A DNA stretch of 63,251 nucleotides, counting the filler, from Globobulimina sp. (Eukaryota), in the NCBI GenBank assembly GCA_003354225.1. It is 55 parts of 55 records of this genome, joined end to end, with 100 filler letters (N's around TTAATTAATTAA, not from the genome) between each part and the next. Parts side by side here need not be neighbours in the genome. Positions count along the whole stretch, not along the records: positions 1 to 1,053 come from PIVH01024764.1; positions 1,154 to 2,206 come from PIVH01024765.1; positions 2,307 to 3,359 come from PIVH01024766.1; positions 3,460 to 4,512 come from PIVH01024767.1; positions 4,613 to 5,665 come from PIVH01024768.1; positions 5,766 to 6,818 come from PIVH01024769.1; positions 6,919 to 7,971 come from PIVH01024770.1; positions 8,072 to 9,124 come from PIVH01024771.1; 47 more parts are not named here. The stretch is one strand, 5' to 3'. The notes under the pieces were generated by a model. That model was not told the DNA's origin. It did no database searches and saw only the letters and a program-made list of their open reading frames with translations. Made by a program: the position numbers and the translations under genes. Below, piece by piece: positions 1 through 10,981 of the stretch (position 1 is its first letter; each line of letters begins with the position of its first letter).

Positions 1-1
1 T

Positions 2-637
2 ATATCCATCCAAGCCATTTTCAAGCATTTGTTCCTCAAAACCAATCCGTATCAGGAATACGATAACAGTCACAATCGATATAAGTACACCATAAAATGA
101 AGCAAAAAACATTGCGCTGAATAGCTGCCATACAAAAAGTCCACAATACATTGGATGACGGATAATAGCATACGATCCGGTGTCAACCACTTTTTGTTTT
201 CGTTCCTTTTGTATTCTTAATATTGGCGATAAATAACTATTATCATAATACGAACGAAAAAGAATATATGCACCAAATACCATCATCCCAAAATTAAACC
301 ATTTTAATAAAGGATAATCCACATTAAATTGAAGGAAATGCGTTGACCATTTATATCTCTTTACGTCCATTGGAATAATAATAAACCAGCTCAGCGTTGT
401 TATCAAACCTATCTTAAATATGATTTTATCTGCACCCACTTGATCATCTGATGACGTTTTCAATCTTTCATAGAACAATCCTGGATTTTTAAAAAATAAA
501 TAAATATGAATTATACTTCCCAGTAACATCACAAAAATAGTCCATAACCATCCATCAAACCACCAAAAATCTCCTGAAAGCCCTATCATAAGAAAGGGAA
601 GTAACAATTGTAAAACTAACTTGTGAAAACCTGCCAT
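2..637 (-). CDS. Isoprenylcysteine carboxyl methyltransferase (ICMT/Ste14/PEMT) family membrane protein, bacterial-type; 3' truncated by the window edge; alternative upstream ATG at 694
   Basis: Manual translation (absent from ORF track): MAGFHKLVLQ...SGDFWWFDGW...KNPGLFYER...DNSYLSPILRIQKERKQKVVDTGSYAIIRHPMYCG...RIGFEEQMLENGLDGY; RHPMY and EE motifs of the family; no introns. Confidence 0.85.
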   Translation of the reverse strand, partial: MAGFHKLVLQLLLPFLMIGLSGDFWWFDGWLWTIFVMLLGSIIHIYLFFKNPGLFYERLKTSSDDQVGADKIIFKIGLITTLSWFIIIPMDVKRYKWSTHFLQFNVDYPLLKWFNFGMMVFGAYILFRSYYDNSYLSPILRIQKERKQKVVDTGSYAIIRHPMYCGLFVWQLFSAMFFASFYGVLISIVTVIVFLIRIGFEEQMLENGLDGY

Positions 638-952
638 TAGACTAGTGCTAATTAACTTTTTTCTAAGAGGCAAGACAAAAAACTTCAGTTGCATATCAAA
701 CTTTTTTTGGGTACACCATGTTTTGCCTATCAAAAAAAGCAATATTCAACTGCACTGTGTTTACATAAAAAGCAGTGGCTAAACAGTAAATATACTGTTT
801 GTCTATTTGTTTAATATACATGGGGTACCCAAAAATGTTTTGAAATGTTATTATTTTGACAGATATAGGCTTCGTTAGCATAAATGAATCTTTTCAAAAA
901 CACCAAACACGGAAAGATCCGACATCAAGTCACTGTTATTTTTTATATAATT

Positions 953-1028
953 GACTTTTTAGGCTTAAACTTCTAAACACTTCTTTTGTGATTGGCAAGG
1001 TTTTTGGGCTAGCTAGAGTGGTTTTCAA
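953..1028 (+). repeat. Dispersed repeat family A, copy 1
   Basis: 76 nt, reverse complement of 55326-55401 with 1 mismatch; a diverged partial copy at 14323-14362. Confidence 0.9.
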
Positions 1029-1053
1029 CCTAGTATTCGAAGTTGACCTAGGT

Positions 1054-1153
1054 NNNNNNNNNNNNNNNNNNNNNNNNNNNNNNNNNNNNNNNNNNNNTTA
1101 ATTAATTAANNNNNNNNNNNNNNNNNNNNNNNNNNNNNNNNNNNNNNNNNNNN
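1054..1153. other. Artificial contig spacer N44-TTAATTAATTAA-N44 (first of 54; recurs every 1151-1153 nt up to 62101-62200)
   Basis: Identical 100-nt units with stops in all six frames; the intervening contigs are exactly 1053, 1052 or 1051 nt in descending order and sum with the spacers to 63251. Confidence 0.99.
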
Positions 1154-1155
1154 TA

Positions 1156-2106
1156 CAATTGCATTTAAGCGACAATATGAAGAAAGCGGTTGAATACTTT
1201 CGTACGAATAGATTATCCAAATACGATGGGCCGTTTTTAACAAAAGTCATTGCCCGACATATAAATGTCATATTTAACGATGCTGACAAAGACAATGAAT
1301 TTGTACGGTTGGCGTTTCTGAACCATTGTTATTACAAAAACATGTATTATTTTTATCATAATATTGACAAATATTGCAAATCCAATTGGTTTGCAAAAGA
1401 TTTGTCAGAAGAGGAGATATTGCTGATTTGGGATAGGAATACATTGCCAATCTATTATTATGACATTCAATTGGATGTAAATGACGATATAATGTATAGA
1501 TTTTGGGACATTTCATCGGATGCTCTGTATGCTGCAAATGTAAAATATAGGAATAATATGACGCATTTGTTTGAATATATTAATGCGTCGTGTATTATAT
1601 ATTTAACATCGCCGATTTTTAATTATCAGATCGAGAAAGAAACAGCAAAAAGCGATGAAACTTCGATGCGGAAATCAATGCGATATTTTGAGAGCATGTT
1701 TGAGTTTGAAAACAAACTGAAAGCCAAAACGAGTGATGGTACGCATACCGGTGATGTGTTGAGTATTGCTAAAAGCAAATGGGAATTAACGCCAATTATC
1801 GCATTGTTTAATAAATGTGATGTGTTTAAAATGGATATTGAATCGTTATGGGATGAATCAAAAACAATTTTATTGACGTTTCCGGAGTATGACGGGGAAC
1901 AAACGTATGAAGCAATTATAAATTATGTAAAGATAATATTCAAATCATTCAAAATGTATCATAAGAGACCATTTCATATATACGAAACTGTAGTGATTGA
2001 AGACAGTAAAGTACAGAGCATTGTGCATCATATTAAAACAATGACTAATTTATACACAACAAATAAGAGATTGCAACATCAGATCAACCGAAGCAAACTT
2101 GTTTGA
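1156..2106 (+). CDS. Divergent heterotrimeric G-protein alpha subunit-like protein, 5' truncated
   Basis: YRFWD, CIIYLTS, SMRKSMRYFESM, TPIIALFNKCDVF (G4 NKxD), FPEYDG and FHIYET occur in G-alpha order; G3 and G5 motifs are degenerate. Confidence 0.8.
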   Translation, partial: QLHLSDNMKKAVEYFRTNRLSKYDGPFLTKVIARHINVIFNDADKDNEFVRLAFLNHCYYKNMYYFYHNIDKYCKSNWFAKDLSEEEILLIWDRNTLPIYYYDIQLDVNDDIMYRFWDISSDALYAANVKYRNNMTHLFEYINASCIIYLTSPIFNYQIEKETAKSDETSMRKSMRYFESMFEFENKLKAKTSDGTHTGDVLSIAKSKWELTPIIALFNKCDVFKMDIESLWDESKTILLTFPEYDGEQTYEAIINYVKIIFKSFKMYHKRPFHIYETVVIEDSKVQSIVHHIKTMTNLYTTNKRLQHQINRSKLV

Positions 2107-2307
2107 TGTTATTAAGTGTAAATAATATTAATCAGTTTCATTGCGTTCAGAAATAATAAATGATACTACATCATAAAACCGTGTAAATAGAAGAAAGCAA
2201 AGGGTCNNNNNNNNNNNNNNNNNNNNNNNNNNNNNNNNNNNNNNNNNNNNTTAATTAATTAANNNNNNNNNNNNNNNNNNNNNNNNNNNNNNNNNNNNNN
2301 NNNNNNC

Positions 2308-3359
2308 AAAAACGAAAGAATCGGACTTATAAAAACGGAGAAGCGGCGAGTAAAGAAACAAAAACACGAACGTAATTCATCCAAAGTACAGGAAATATTG
2401 AAACGAAAAGAATTGGAAAAGGAGCAATTATTGAAATTGAACGAAGAGCACAAATTGAAGGAATTAGAGCGTATTCAAGCGGCCAAAGAAAAATCGAAAA
2501 AAGTGAAGCGAAATTATCGAATACGTTCGCAGTCAAACTGTGAGTCTCCAGATCGTAATGTAAAACATAAAAAAAATCATCATCAGACGAATAAAGTATA
2601 CGTACGGATTGAAATATGTTCTGATAATCCATCATTGTCAATATCCACCACACCGTTGGCCGATGTTGAAGTTGAGTTTAATTTAACTCCCATTCCGTCG
2701 GATGATTCAGAGGCAGAGCATAGTGATTTAGGCGCCGTCGAGTCTGAGAATGAATTGTTGCCATTGACTGTGCCCACATTAACCATGCCTTTGAACTCTA
2801 TTTCACCCAAGAAACCGAGGAAAAAATCATTGGATATCCCTGCGTCCATATCCTCGCAAATAGGTCCTTTGAACGATGAGGATGAATGTTTGCAATTGAA
2901 CGATGCCACAGAATATTGGATCAGTTTTGTGTGTTTTTTTGTGTTTTGATATGTTTATATGTTTTGTTTAATAATTAGCAGAAACATATAATGAAATGAA
3001 TGCAATTGGACGACAAATCAAAGAGATTGATAACATCCCACACATAGATGCACAAAGACCACCGGTACCAATTGCTGTGAGTAACAGTGCAGATTTAGCA
3101 CAAAATCAAAATCAAAACAAAAACAATGAAGAGGAAGAGGAGGAATATTATTTCCCAATGTCTTGTGGGGGTTTAATGAGAGAGAGATCACAATCTTTGA
3201 GCACACCGTCTTTACTGAAACGGGCAGAATCTGCGCCAATTATTGTGAGTGATGACAAAGGAACCGATTATTGGATCAGTTATGTGTTTTATTTTTATTA
3301 TTTGAAATAATATTTGTGCATTTTTGTATTTCTCGCAGAACAATATAACAAATCAAATA
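2308..3359 (+). CDS. Low-complexity hypothetical protein, partial; introns 2924-2978 (or 2981) and 3279-3338
   Basis: Two T-rich GT...AG introns interrupt the same (E/D)YWI motif in phase 1; splicing restores one open frame. Confidence 0.65.
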
Positions 3360-3520
3360 NNNNNNNNNNNNNNNNNNNNNNNNNNNNNNNNNNNNNNNNN
3401 NNNTTAATTAATTAANNNNNNNNNNNNNNNNNNNNNNNNNNNNNNNNNNNNNNNNNNNNCAACAAGGGAACCAACTTAGTCTGGCTAGCCGTGCACAGAA
3501 TAGATGCATTGGTTCACTTT

Positions 3521-4056
3521 TTAACTAAGTTTCTTTGTATATTCATTATATTGATTTCTATCCATCAATGATTGCAATTCACTCTCCTCTTTCAATCTTA
3601 CTTTGATAATCCAACCATCCGCTTCTGGCGAACTGTTAACGAGTCCTGGCTCCTCATTTAATCTCTCATTTACCTTTCAAAAACAAAACAAAAAACAAAT
3701 ATTGGAATTATATTAAATGAATATAATTGATATTAAACTCCAGTGACTTCGCCAGCAATCGGCATATATAATTCTGAGGCTGCTTTAACAGATTCAATTT
3801 GTCCAAAAACATCACCTTTATTGAATTCATCCCCGATTTCTGGAAATTCAACAAATACAATTTCCCCAAGCGAATCTTGTGCATAATGCGTAATCCCAAC
3901 AATAGCTTCTTTTTCTGTTTGCAAAACCCATTCATGGTCATCTGAAAAACGACATTCACCAAAGTTTCGATGAACCATATATTGCATTGTCAATAATGAT
4001 GATCGCGTCAATGGGCGACTCACTCTTTGCAATGGTAACCGAAAAATGCTCTTCAT
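3521..4056 (-). CDS. GCSH: Glycine cleavage system H protein, mitochondrial precursor (156 aa); intron 3674-3738
   Basis: HEWV, VGITHYAQDSLGEIVFVEFP, lipoyl-lysine motif IESVKAASE; exon 2 VNERLNEEPGLVNSSPEADGWIIKV; Arg-rich N-terminal targeting-like leader. Confidence 0.95.
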
Positions 4057-4172
4057 TTTTATATTTTAGTTGTATTTTTTGTGTTGGAAGAACAGTATTA
4101 AACAATAATGATGCACCAAGATCCAGATGTTTTTTTTTTGGAAGTGTTCAAACAACTTCTGACCCTAATATA

Positions 4173-4512
4173 ATGGCACAAGAACTGGCGGAAACAGATG
4201 ACATGTGGCAGTATGAAGAGAAACTAAAACTATCACAGGTTTATCTGATGTTCTTTCCTACGTTTTACGGTTTGTATATGAATTATATTTTTCACCGATC
4301 GTAGCTACGAACGGAAGGTAAATCATACACTGAAATTGGTGAAATATTGGGCCGAACAACAAATGAAGTTCGTATAATGGACCAACAATTGACTTACTTA
4401 AACAAACAGTTGAATGCAAAATTGGTTGAAGAAATTAAATGTTGCAGTCAAAATTCAAACGCTGTGAATATAATAAATATCACCAGAAAGCTGCAAATCC
4501 ATTTCAATTCAT
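4173..4512 (+). CDS. Myb/SANT-like helix-turn-helix protein, 3' truncated; intron 4239-4304
   Basis: Spliced product WQYEEKLKLSQ|LRTEGKSYTEIGEILGRTTNEVR fits the W..EE..L..L...G.S..EI...LGRT...VR pattern. Confidence 0.65.
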
Positions 4513-4638
4513 NNNNNNNNNNNNNNNNNNNNNNNNNNNNNNNNNNNNNNNNNNNNTTAATTAATTAANNNNNNNNNNNNNNNNNNNNNNNNNNNNNNNN
4601 NNNNNNNNNNNNAAAGATACAAAATTTATATATATATA

Positions 4639-5664
4639 TTAAAAATGCTCAGCCCATTGAAAATGAGGTGAATTCAAATCAATTTTATCCTCCTCATCAT
4701 CCTCAGATTCTGCATAGTCACTAAAATGATCAAAATTGCCGGTATCGAACGCAGAGACAATGTTCGGTTTATACGGCGGCTCTAACTTTTGCTCAAACAA
4801 ATCTTGCCAAATCAACTTATTTTTGAAAAATGGATGTTGCTTCACTTGGCGCGCCCCGCCGGCGCCGCTCCCCAACCGTTGATACGCATTCTTCTCCAAC
4901 AACTTCTGTATCAAATGTCGCAACTTACTGTTGATATCCTGCGGGAACTCCGGCTCATGAATCAGTATCTTCTCATACATTTTGATGTTCTCATCGTCCT
5001 CAAACGGCGGATGCCCCACAACCATCTCATACAGCAACACGCCCAGAGCCCACCAGTCCGTAGCAAACGACTGCACCCAATTATGGATCACCTCCGGTGC
5101 CAAATACTGCGGCGTGCCGCAGAGCGTACACGTCGTATTGCGGCGTTTCGCGAAGCCAAAGTCTGTCAACTGTAGATATCCCGCGCTGTTCAACAGTAAG
5201 TTTTCCGGCTTGAGGTCGCGATAAATAATGTCCATCGAATGCAAATGCTCCAATGCGAGGATGACGCAGCCGGCATAAAACCGCGTCGCATTCTTATCGA
5301 ACTTCTCATTGTACCGCAACACTGTGAACAGCTCGCCGCCCAACACCACCTCGGTCAGGAAGTAAATGGTCGACTCCGTCTTAAAAGTGGCGTACAATTT
5401 GATGCAGAATGGCGAATCCAACATCGTCAACACCCGCTTCTCATTAATTATATGTTCCTCCTGTCCAGTCTTCACCACTCGATACTTGCTCACGCACTTC
5501 AACGCGTAGGTCTTTCCCGGCGAGTTTTTATTCTCCACCAACGTCACCTTACCAAAGGAACCGATGCCTAACACATCCCGCTCCTCCAAGTCGCTCAATT
5601 GCAGCCCATTGATCCAGCTGGTCACAGCCTTTGGAGTACGACCAGTTGGAGGTCGGCAACCTGG
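4639..5664 (-). CDS. AGC-group Ser/Thr kinase (PKG/PKA-like catalytic domain), 5' truncated
   Basis: GIGSFG, YALK, YRDLKPEN, DFGFAK, TLCGTPQYLAPE and AGC C-tail PPYKP...DTGNFD. Confidence 0.93.
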   Translation of the reverse strand, partial: PGCRPPTGRTPKAVTSWINGLQLSDLEERDVLGIGSFGKVTLVENKNSPGKTYALKCVSKYRVVKTGQEEHIINEKRVLTMLDSPFCIKLYATFKTESTIYFLTEVVLGGELFTVLRYNEKFDKNATRFYAGCVILALEHLHSMDIIYRDLKPENLLLNSAGYLQLTDFGFAKRRNTTCTLCGTPQYLAPEVIHNWVQSFATDWWALGVLLYEMVVGHPPFEDDENIKMYEKILIHEPEFPQDINSKLRHLIQKLLEKNAYQRLGSGAGGARQVKQHPFFKNKLIWQDLFEQKLEPPYKPNIVSAFDTGNFDHFSDYAESEDDEEDKIDLNSPHFQWAEHF

Positions 5665-6016
5665 CNNNNNNNNNNNNNNNNNNNNNNNNNNNNNNNNNNN
5701 NNNNNNNNNTTAATTAATTAANNNNNNNNNNNNNNNNNNNNNNNNNNNNNNNNNNNNNNNNNNNNAACTCAAAAGTATTTAATAATTGATTGTATACGGA
5801 GTGGTACATTTATATATGTTGTTTATTTAAATTATACGTCAGTATTAGGGGGGTGTTGTTATATTGCAATGAATGATCCCTAGGTCTCGAATACTCTCGA
5901 TTTATAGTGCGCAATATAGGTTAACTCCACTCGTTTTTCCTATGCATATACAGAGAGTTTTTGCTATGAAATCTCAGAGGATTTGTGTAATTCTCATAAT
6001 CTCATTTAGGATATGA

Positions 6017-6817
6017 TTACTCACAATCAATGAAATCGTTATATTTATTGTAAATAACACGTAATTTGTTGTAAAATTGTTTATAATTACCATCGCTTTG
6101 ATAATTATTCTTATTTACATTTAGAAGAGTATCAATAGTTTGATATTGCCATTGTTTTTCGAAATTATTAATATTGCCATTCTCAAAAAATATTTTCCAT
6201 CTCATTTTATAATAATTTGACATTAAACCATTCCATTCACGACTCGCATAGTCATTTATCTCACCATTCGGACCCCATCGTGTCACTAAATTCCTTGCAT
6301 TCAATTCAAAATAATCCTTTTCTTGTTTATCGTTACCAAATTGTCGTGCATTATTTATCCAAAAATCCAATCGAAAATATTCAAAATCGCTTACAATTTT
6401 ATCTATGTCGTCAATGATATGCAACATCTTATCTTTCAAAATATGTTCAACCTCAACATCTTTTGCATTCTCATTAATCAATAAATAAATTTGTTGAAAC
6501 AAATCCGAAAGAAATTGTCGCGTTATCTCTGCGATATCATTTGCTAAAGTCTCCGATTTGAAAACGGCATTTTTATCTTCATCATTAGCAATAAGTCCTT
6601 TTATAAAAATGACAAATTTATTCCAAATCACAAATAATTTACAAACAGGATAATCCACCAAAGTTGTTTGAAATCCATTTGCTTTTTGTTTGTCTATATT
6701 TGCAGCAATAACTTTTAATTTAGGAGCAATAAATTTAAATTCTGAAGCACCAGAAACAATTCTTTTATTTGGCCGTTTTACAATTAACGAACGTGTAACA
6801 CTCCATTTCCCATTTGG
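6017..6817 (-). CDS. NAGLU: Alpha-N-acetylglucosaminidase (GH89) C-terminal domain, 5' truncated
   Basis: WINNAR...YFELNARNLVTRWGPNGEINDYASREWNGLMSNYYKMRW is the GH89 C-terminal signature; frame open to contig end. Confidence 0.9.
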   Translation of the reverse strand, partial: PNGKWSVTRSLIVKRPNKRIVSGASEFKFIAPKLKVIAANIDKQKANGFQTTLVDYPVCKLFVIWNKFVIFIKGLIANDEDKNAVFKSETLANDIAEITRQFLSDLFQQIYLLINENAKDVEVEHILKDKMLHIIDDIDKIVSDFEYFRLDFWINNARQFGNDKQEKDYFELNARNLVTRWGPNGEINDYASREWNGLMSNYYKMRWKIFFENGNINNFEKQWQYQTIDTLLNVNKNNYQSDGNYKQFYNKLRVIYNKYNDFIDCE

Positions 6818-7029
6818 TNNNNNNNNNNNNNNNNNNNNNNNNNNNNNNNNNNNNNNNNNNNNTTAATTAATTAANNNNNNNNNNNNNNNNNNNNNNNNNN
6901 NNNNNNNNNNNNNNNNNNTTTCAATACCCATTATTGTAAGTTCATCGGTCTCAGTAAATGAAGAATTTCAGATATTTGTCGGTAACAATTTAGAATTTAC
7001 GTCATCATCAACTGGTATCTTGTTATAAG

Positions 7030-7392
7030 GTGGCACTGGCACTGGTAATTGGACCCATTGACCCAAATACGATGATGGAAATTGAAAATATAGAATGGTC
7101 CACCTTGCGAATGAATGAATATTTGTTTAACATTGATGAGGATCCGACAGAGACCAAAAATATAAGAACGAATCCTGAAAATACGGCAATTTTGCAAGAA
7201 TTAAGAAGCTTTTTAACGAATTTAGCCGGCGAACCAGATACTTATAATACACAAGATTCTGCTCCTTCTGTTCATGCAAATCCTACTCTCTTTGACAATG
7301 TGTGGTATCCCATTATGATTCTATTAAATACAAAATGCAAATTGGTTGACAAAAAACAAAATAATAATATAATAACAAAAGCAACCAAATAA
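7030..7392 (+). pseudogene. Arylsulfatase B-like C-terminal fragment, disrupted or chimeric
   Basis: YLFNIDEDPTETKNI...ANPTLFDNVWYP resembles the sulfatase C-terminus; flanking frames are broken. Confidence 0.55.
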
Positions 7393-8072
7393 AAACTAAA
7401 AATAACTTAAAACGTAAAAAAATAAATAAATAAATAAAACAAATACATCTCACACAAATGGCTCATACTTCTCTCCTGGCTTTAACTGCAATAATTCTTT
7501 ACGTTCCCATTCCTCACACCTGCTCGCGAACGACATACGAGGTCAAATCGTCGTCGCTATCTTCTAATAACTCCATAATTTCTCCACCTTTTGCCGCTGC
7601 ATTAAATTTCATGAATTACTATCCATTTTTCTTCAATACGCGGCACATTCTCGTTCTTTTCCATCAATTTTTGATCGTCGTCTTCTAATTTCAACTCCAA
7701 AATCGACTCAGTAGGGTTTTTGCTTTTAGTTCATTTCTTCAATGAATGCTTTGATAATTGAAGAAAAAAAAACTTTTGTCATTTACAAACATTACATTTA
7801 GTTTTGTCATGGCACTCAACGAAAAGTCAATGCTTTTTGTATTGTTGATAACTTTCGTATCAAAACATAAGCAGGGACACCATGTTTTGCAAAGACTCTC
7901 ACCCTATACTTTTGTTTTAAAAAGACTGTTTTTGGCAAAATCATGTCGTCGATCCCCTTCGTTTCAGAACCNNNNNNNNNNNNNNNNNNNNNNNNNNNNN
8001 NNNNNNNNNNNNNNNTTAATTAATTAANNNNNNNNNNNNNNNNNNNNNNNNNNNNNNNNNNNNNNNNNNNNC

Positions 8073-9053
8073 AGTAATGATAATTACATTGTTGAGAATA
8101 TTGTTTTTGATGAAATATATATTGTTTTTCATGAAAAAGATAAAGGAAAATCAAGCGTCAGATTTGAGAACATTTTCAGCCAATCACCAAATCCGAAAAT
8201 TATTATTAAGAGTGGTGAGTGGTACAGGTATGGTGAAGATGAGAAAAGCAATCAAATATTATATAATGTGCAAGAAAGATACAACTTAGAATTATATTCA
8301 TTTTGCGGAGCTATTTCCAATTCCGATGAATTATGTGTTGGTGAACAAGATATTGTTAATAATGATTATCCAAATGATGATCAATATGAACAATGTAAGA
8401 TTCCATTGTCACCAAACTCACCATTCTTGAAGAATATGTTGATAGTTTTATGTGTTTTTGGTTTTTCGTGCGTGCTTTGTTGTGGTTTAGTATGTATCAC
8501 TAACATGTGTGAAATAAGTGAAAAGAAGGCGGCAGAAAGGAAAAGTTTGGAAAGGTTACAACGTGAAAAGATAAAAATAGAAAGGCGGCAGAAAGGAAAA
8601 GATAAAAATAGAAAGGATGTGAATGGTGTATATGTTGGATGGCGTTTGGAAATGGCAGAAGTGCGGAAAAAATTGAATGTTGAACGCCGTTTGGAAATGG
8701 AAAGAGTGCGAAAAAAAAATGCGAATGTATATGTTGGTGGGGATAATTATAAGGATAATTATCAAAGTAAACAAGGAAAGCATGAGGATAATTATAATGA
8801 TGCATTGGAGGATGAATTGGCAAAATCTGAACAATTTGAAAGGAAGATATCAAATAATAATAAAGAAAAAATTATCTCGAAACAACCAACATTATCGTAT
8901 TCAGCAATGAGTTGTGTAATTTGTCTGGATGTGTTATTGGAGAATGAAGCGACAAAATTGTTTTGTGGGCATAGATTTCATACAAATTGTATTGAGGAGT
9001 ATAATGAAAATAATTCCAAATGTCCATTGTGTAGAAAAACAATCGAATGTTAA
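8073..9053 (+). CDS. Single-pass membrane RING-H2 E3 ligase, 5' truncated
   Basis: Hydrophobic Cys-rich TM segment, then CVIC...CGHRFHTNC...CPLCR at the C-terminus; frame open from contig start. Confidence 0.85.
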   Translation, partial: SNDNYIVENIVFDEIYIVFHEKDKGKSSVRFENIFSQSPNPKIIIKSGEWYRYGEDEKSNQILYNVQERYNLELYSFCGAISNSDELCVGEQDIVNNDYPNDDQYEQCKIPLSPNSPFLKNMLIVLCVFGFSCVLCCGLVCITNMCEISEKKAAERKSLERLQREKIKIERRQKGKDKNRKDVNGVYVGWRLEMAEVRKKLNVERRLEMERVRKKNANVYVGGDNYKDNYQSKQGKHEDNYNDALEDELAKSEQFERKISNNNKEKIISKQPTLSYSAMSCVICLDVLLENEATKLFCGHRFHTNCIEEYNENNSKCPLCRKTIEC

Positions 9054-10377
9054 CAGCATGCACATATGTGATAATAATACATATTGCACCGATGTTTTTG
9101 CACAGGTTAATTATAAGCAAACTTNNNNNNNNNNNNNNNNNNNNNNNNNNNNNNNNNNNNNNNNNNNNTTAATTAATTAANNNNNNNNNNNNNNNNNNNN
9201 NNNNNNNNNNNNNNNNNNNNNNNNCTGTTGATGTTGGCGATCAATGTCCCATTTGGACCATGGTAATGCTTTCTGTTTCTTTTCTTTCTTTTCCTCCGTA
9301 ATGCTAATATCAGTGTCGATATCTACAGTTTTAGCACCTTTCATTGCATGTTTTTTCTTTGATCGGCTGTATATTAATTATATTCACGATACACTTATCA
9401 AATAATATCATATTATGGATTGATATTGGTCCAAACTACAGCGAGTTATACATAATTGTTTTTCTATACACTCTTCAAGCATACAAAAATATCGTTTTTC
9501 ATTTAAGGAGCAGTATAAACCCATAATATCCATAAACAGAACATGTGTTTGTGTACGTACCTAATTGAGCTTTTTTTCTTTTTTGCATCGTCATTATCAT
9601 TTGTATTAATTGTCAACTTATCACATTCTTCATCTTTTTGTTCAACATAAACACAATCAGTCCCACTGCTTTTTGTACCATTTCTTTTTTTCGATGTCCT
9701 ATATATATATTCGCAGCAAATTTTATATTGTATACATTGCCGCATTTCTTGTATATGTCAAATGTTTTTTGTATGCACTCAGTTGTTACTATCATACAAA
9801 AACAAATTTGACACATTGAATGCAGAAAAAAAAAGGTCATCTATTGCCAGACTTAGTCGTTGCAGTTTCTTCCTGTTTTATATCCTCATTATCATCTTGA
9901 TCCACCTTCCAATTTCCCCGTACTTTTCGCTTTGAAATTAATTGTTTGTCCTCTTCTTCCTCTTCCTGTAGAACCACAATATTGTTTTCTTTATATCTCC
10001 TATACCATAATTTTGTTATTGTTATTTCAAATGAGCGGAGATATATTTTCTAGACTTGTTTGGTGTGACTTTGGCAGTTTTTTTCTTTTTTTCATCATTA
10101 CCAATGCTCCAATTTTCGCCTGGTGTTGGCTGCGAAGTTGATATTACTTCTTCTTCTTCGTCCTTTTCACCAATGTGACTTTGGTGGGTTTCAGGCGTTG
10201 GCCTGTTTTTTTTACTTTGTTATGTTTACATTTTTAGATATGAGCAGAGACATTTTTTTTAGATACTTATCAACTTTNNNNNNNNNNNNNNNNNNNNNNN
10301 NNNNNNNNNNNNNNNNNNNNNTTAATTAATTAANNNNNNNNNNNNNNNNNNNNNNNNNNNNNNNNNNNNNNNNNNNN

Positions 10378-10959
10378 ATGCGAGATGACATACATCTAAA
10401 TCTCAAAAAAGAATCGTTTTCAATTAAAGACCATATTTCAGTGAATGCAATATCGAATATTGTATATAAAAAATGGAGGTCAGCTTTTGAGAAATCAATC
10501 TTTTGTGATAATTGTTGGAAATCTCTGTAAATATTCTTTCTGTCTTCATATGATATATTAATGCAAAGATCTGCTGCTTCCTCAATGTATTTGTCATATA
10601 AATATAAAGCAATGTTATATGCCGATAATGAATGCATTCGAGCATCAATTGGTAGCCATGAAATATTCAATATTTTGGATGAAAATGCGTGATTATCGCT
10701 TATTTTGCATAATGTACAAATATTATCCACAATCTCGCTGTTTCTAAACAAATTAATATTGTGTAGCACCGGAATTATATAATGGATTTATAAAACGAGT
10801 GCGTAAAAAGTTTACACTTAACGATAAGTTACATATTACAGCCTTAAACTGCGCCGCTTCCAATAAGAATAATATATTTTCTAAACTAAGTTCCTTCACT
10901 AAATGATTACATATGGCAATTAGTCCTTGCTTTGTATTCATTATCTGTGTATTTTGCAT
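10378..10959 (-). CDS. RGS domain protein fragment; two frames joined by an intron or frameshift near 10745-10860
   Basis: HLVKELSLENILFLLEAAQFK and YDKYIEEAADLCINIS...FDIAFTEIWSLIENDSFLRF are RGS-box hallmarks. Confidence 0.8.
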
Positions 10960-10981
10960 GCAATAAAACAGAAACTATCCA

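Noticed and set aside
448-454. CTGATGA hammerhead core (also at 13561)
   Set aside because: No stem II/GAAA arrangement; both lie within protein-coding sequence
1098-1295. ORF-track entries ending in X-runs with LIN or N tails
   Set aside because: The tails are translations of the spacer; such ORFs are truncated genes or noise
4789-5571. Three plus-strand ORFs of 80-128 aa
   Set aside because: Antisense shadows of the GC-rich kinase gene
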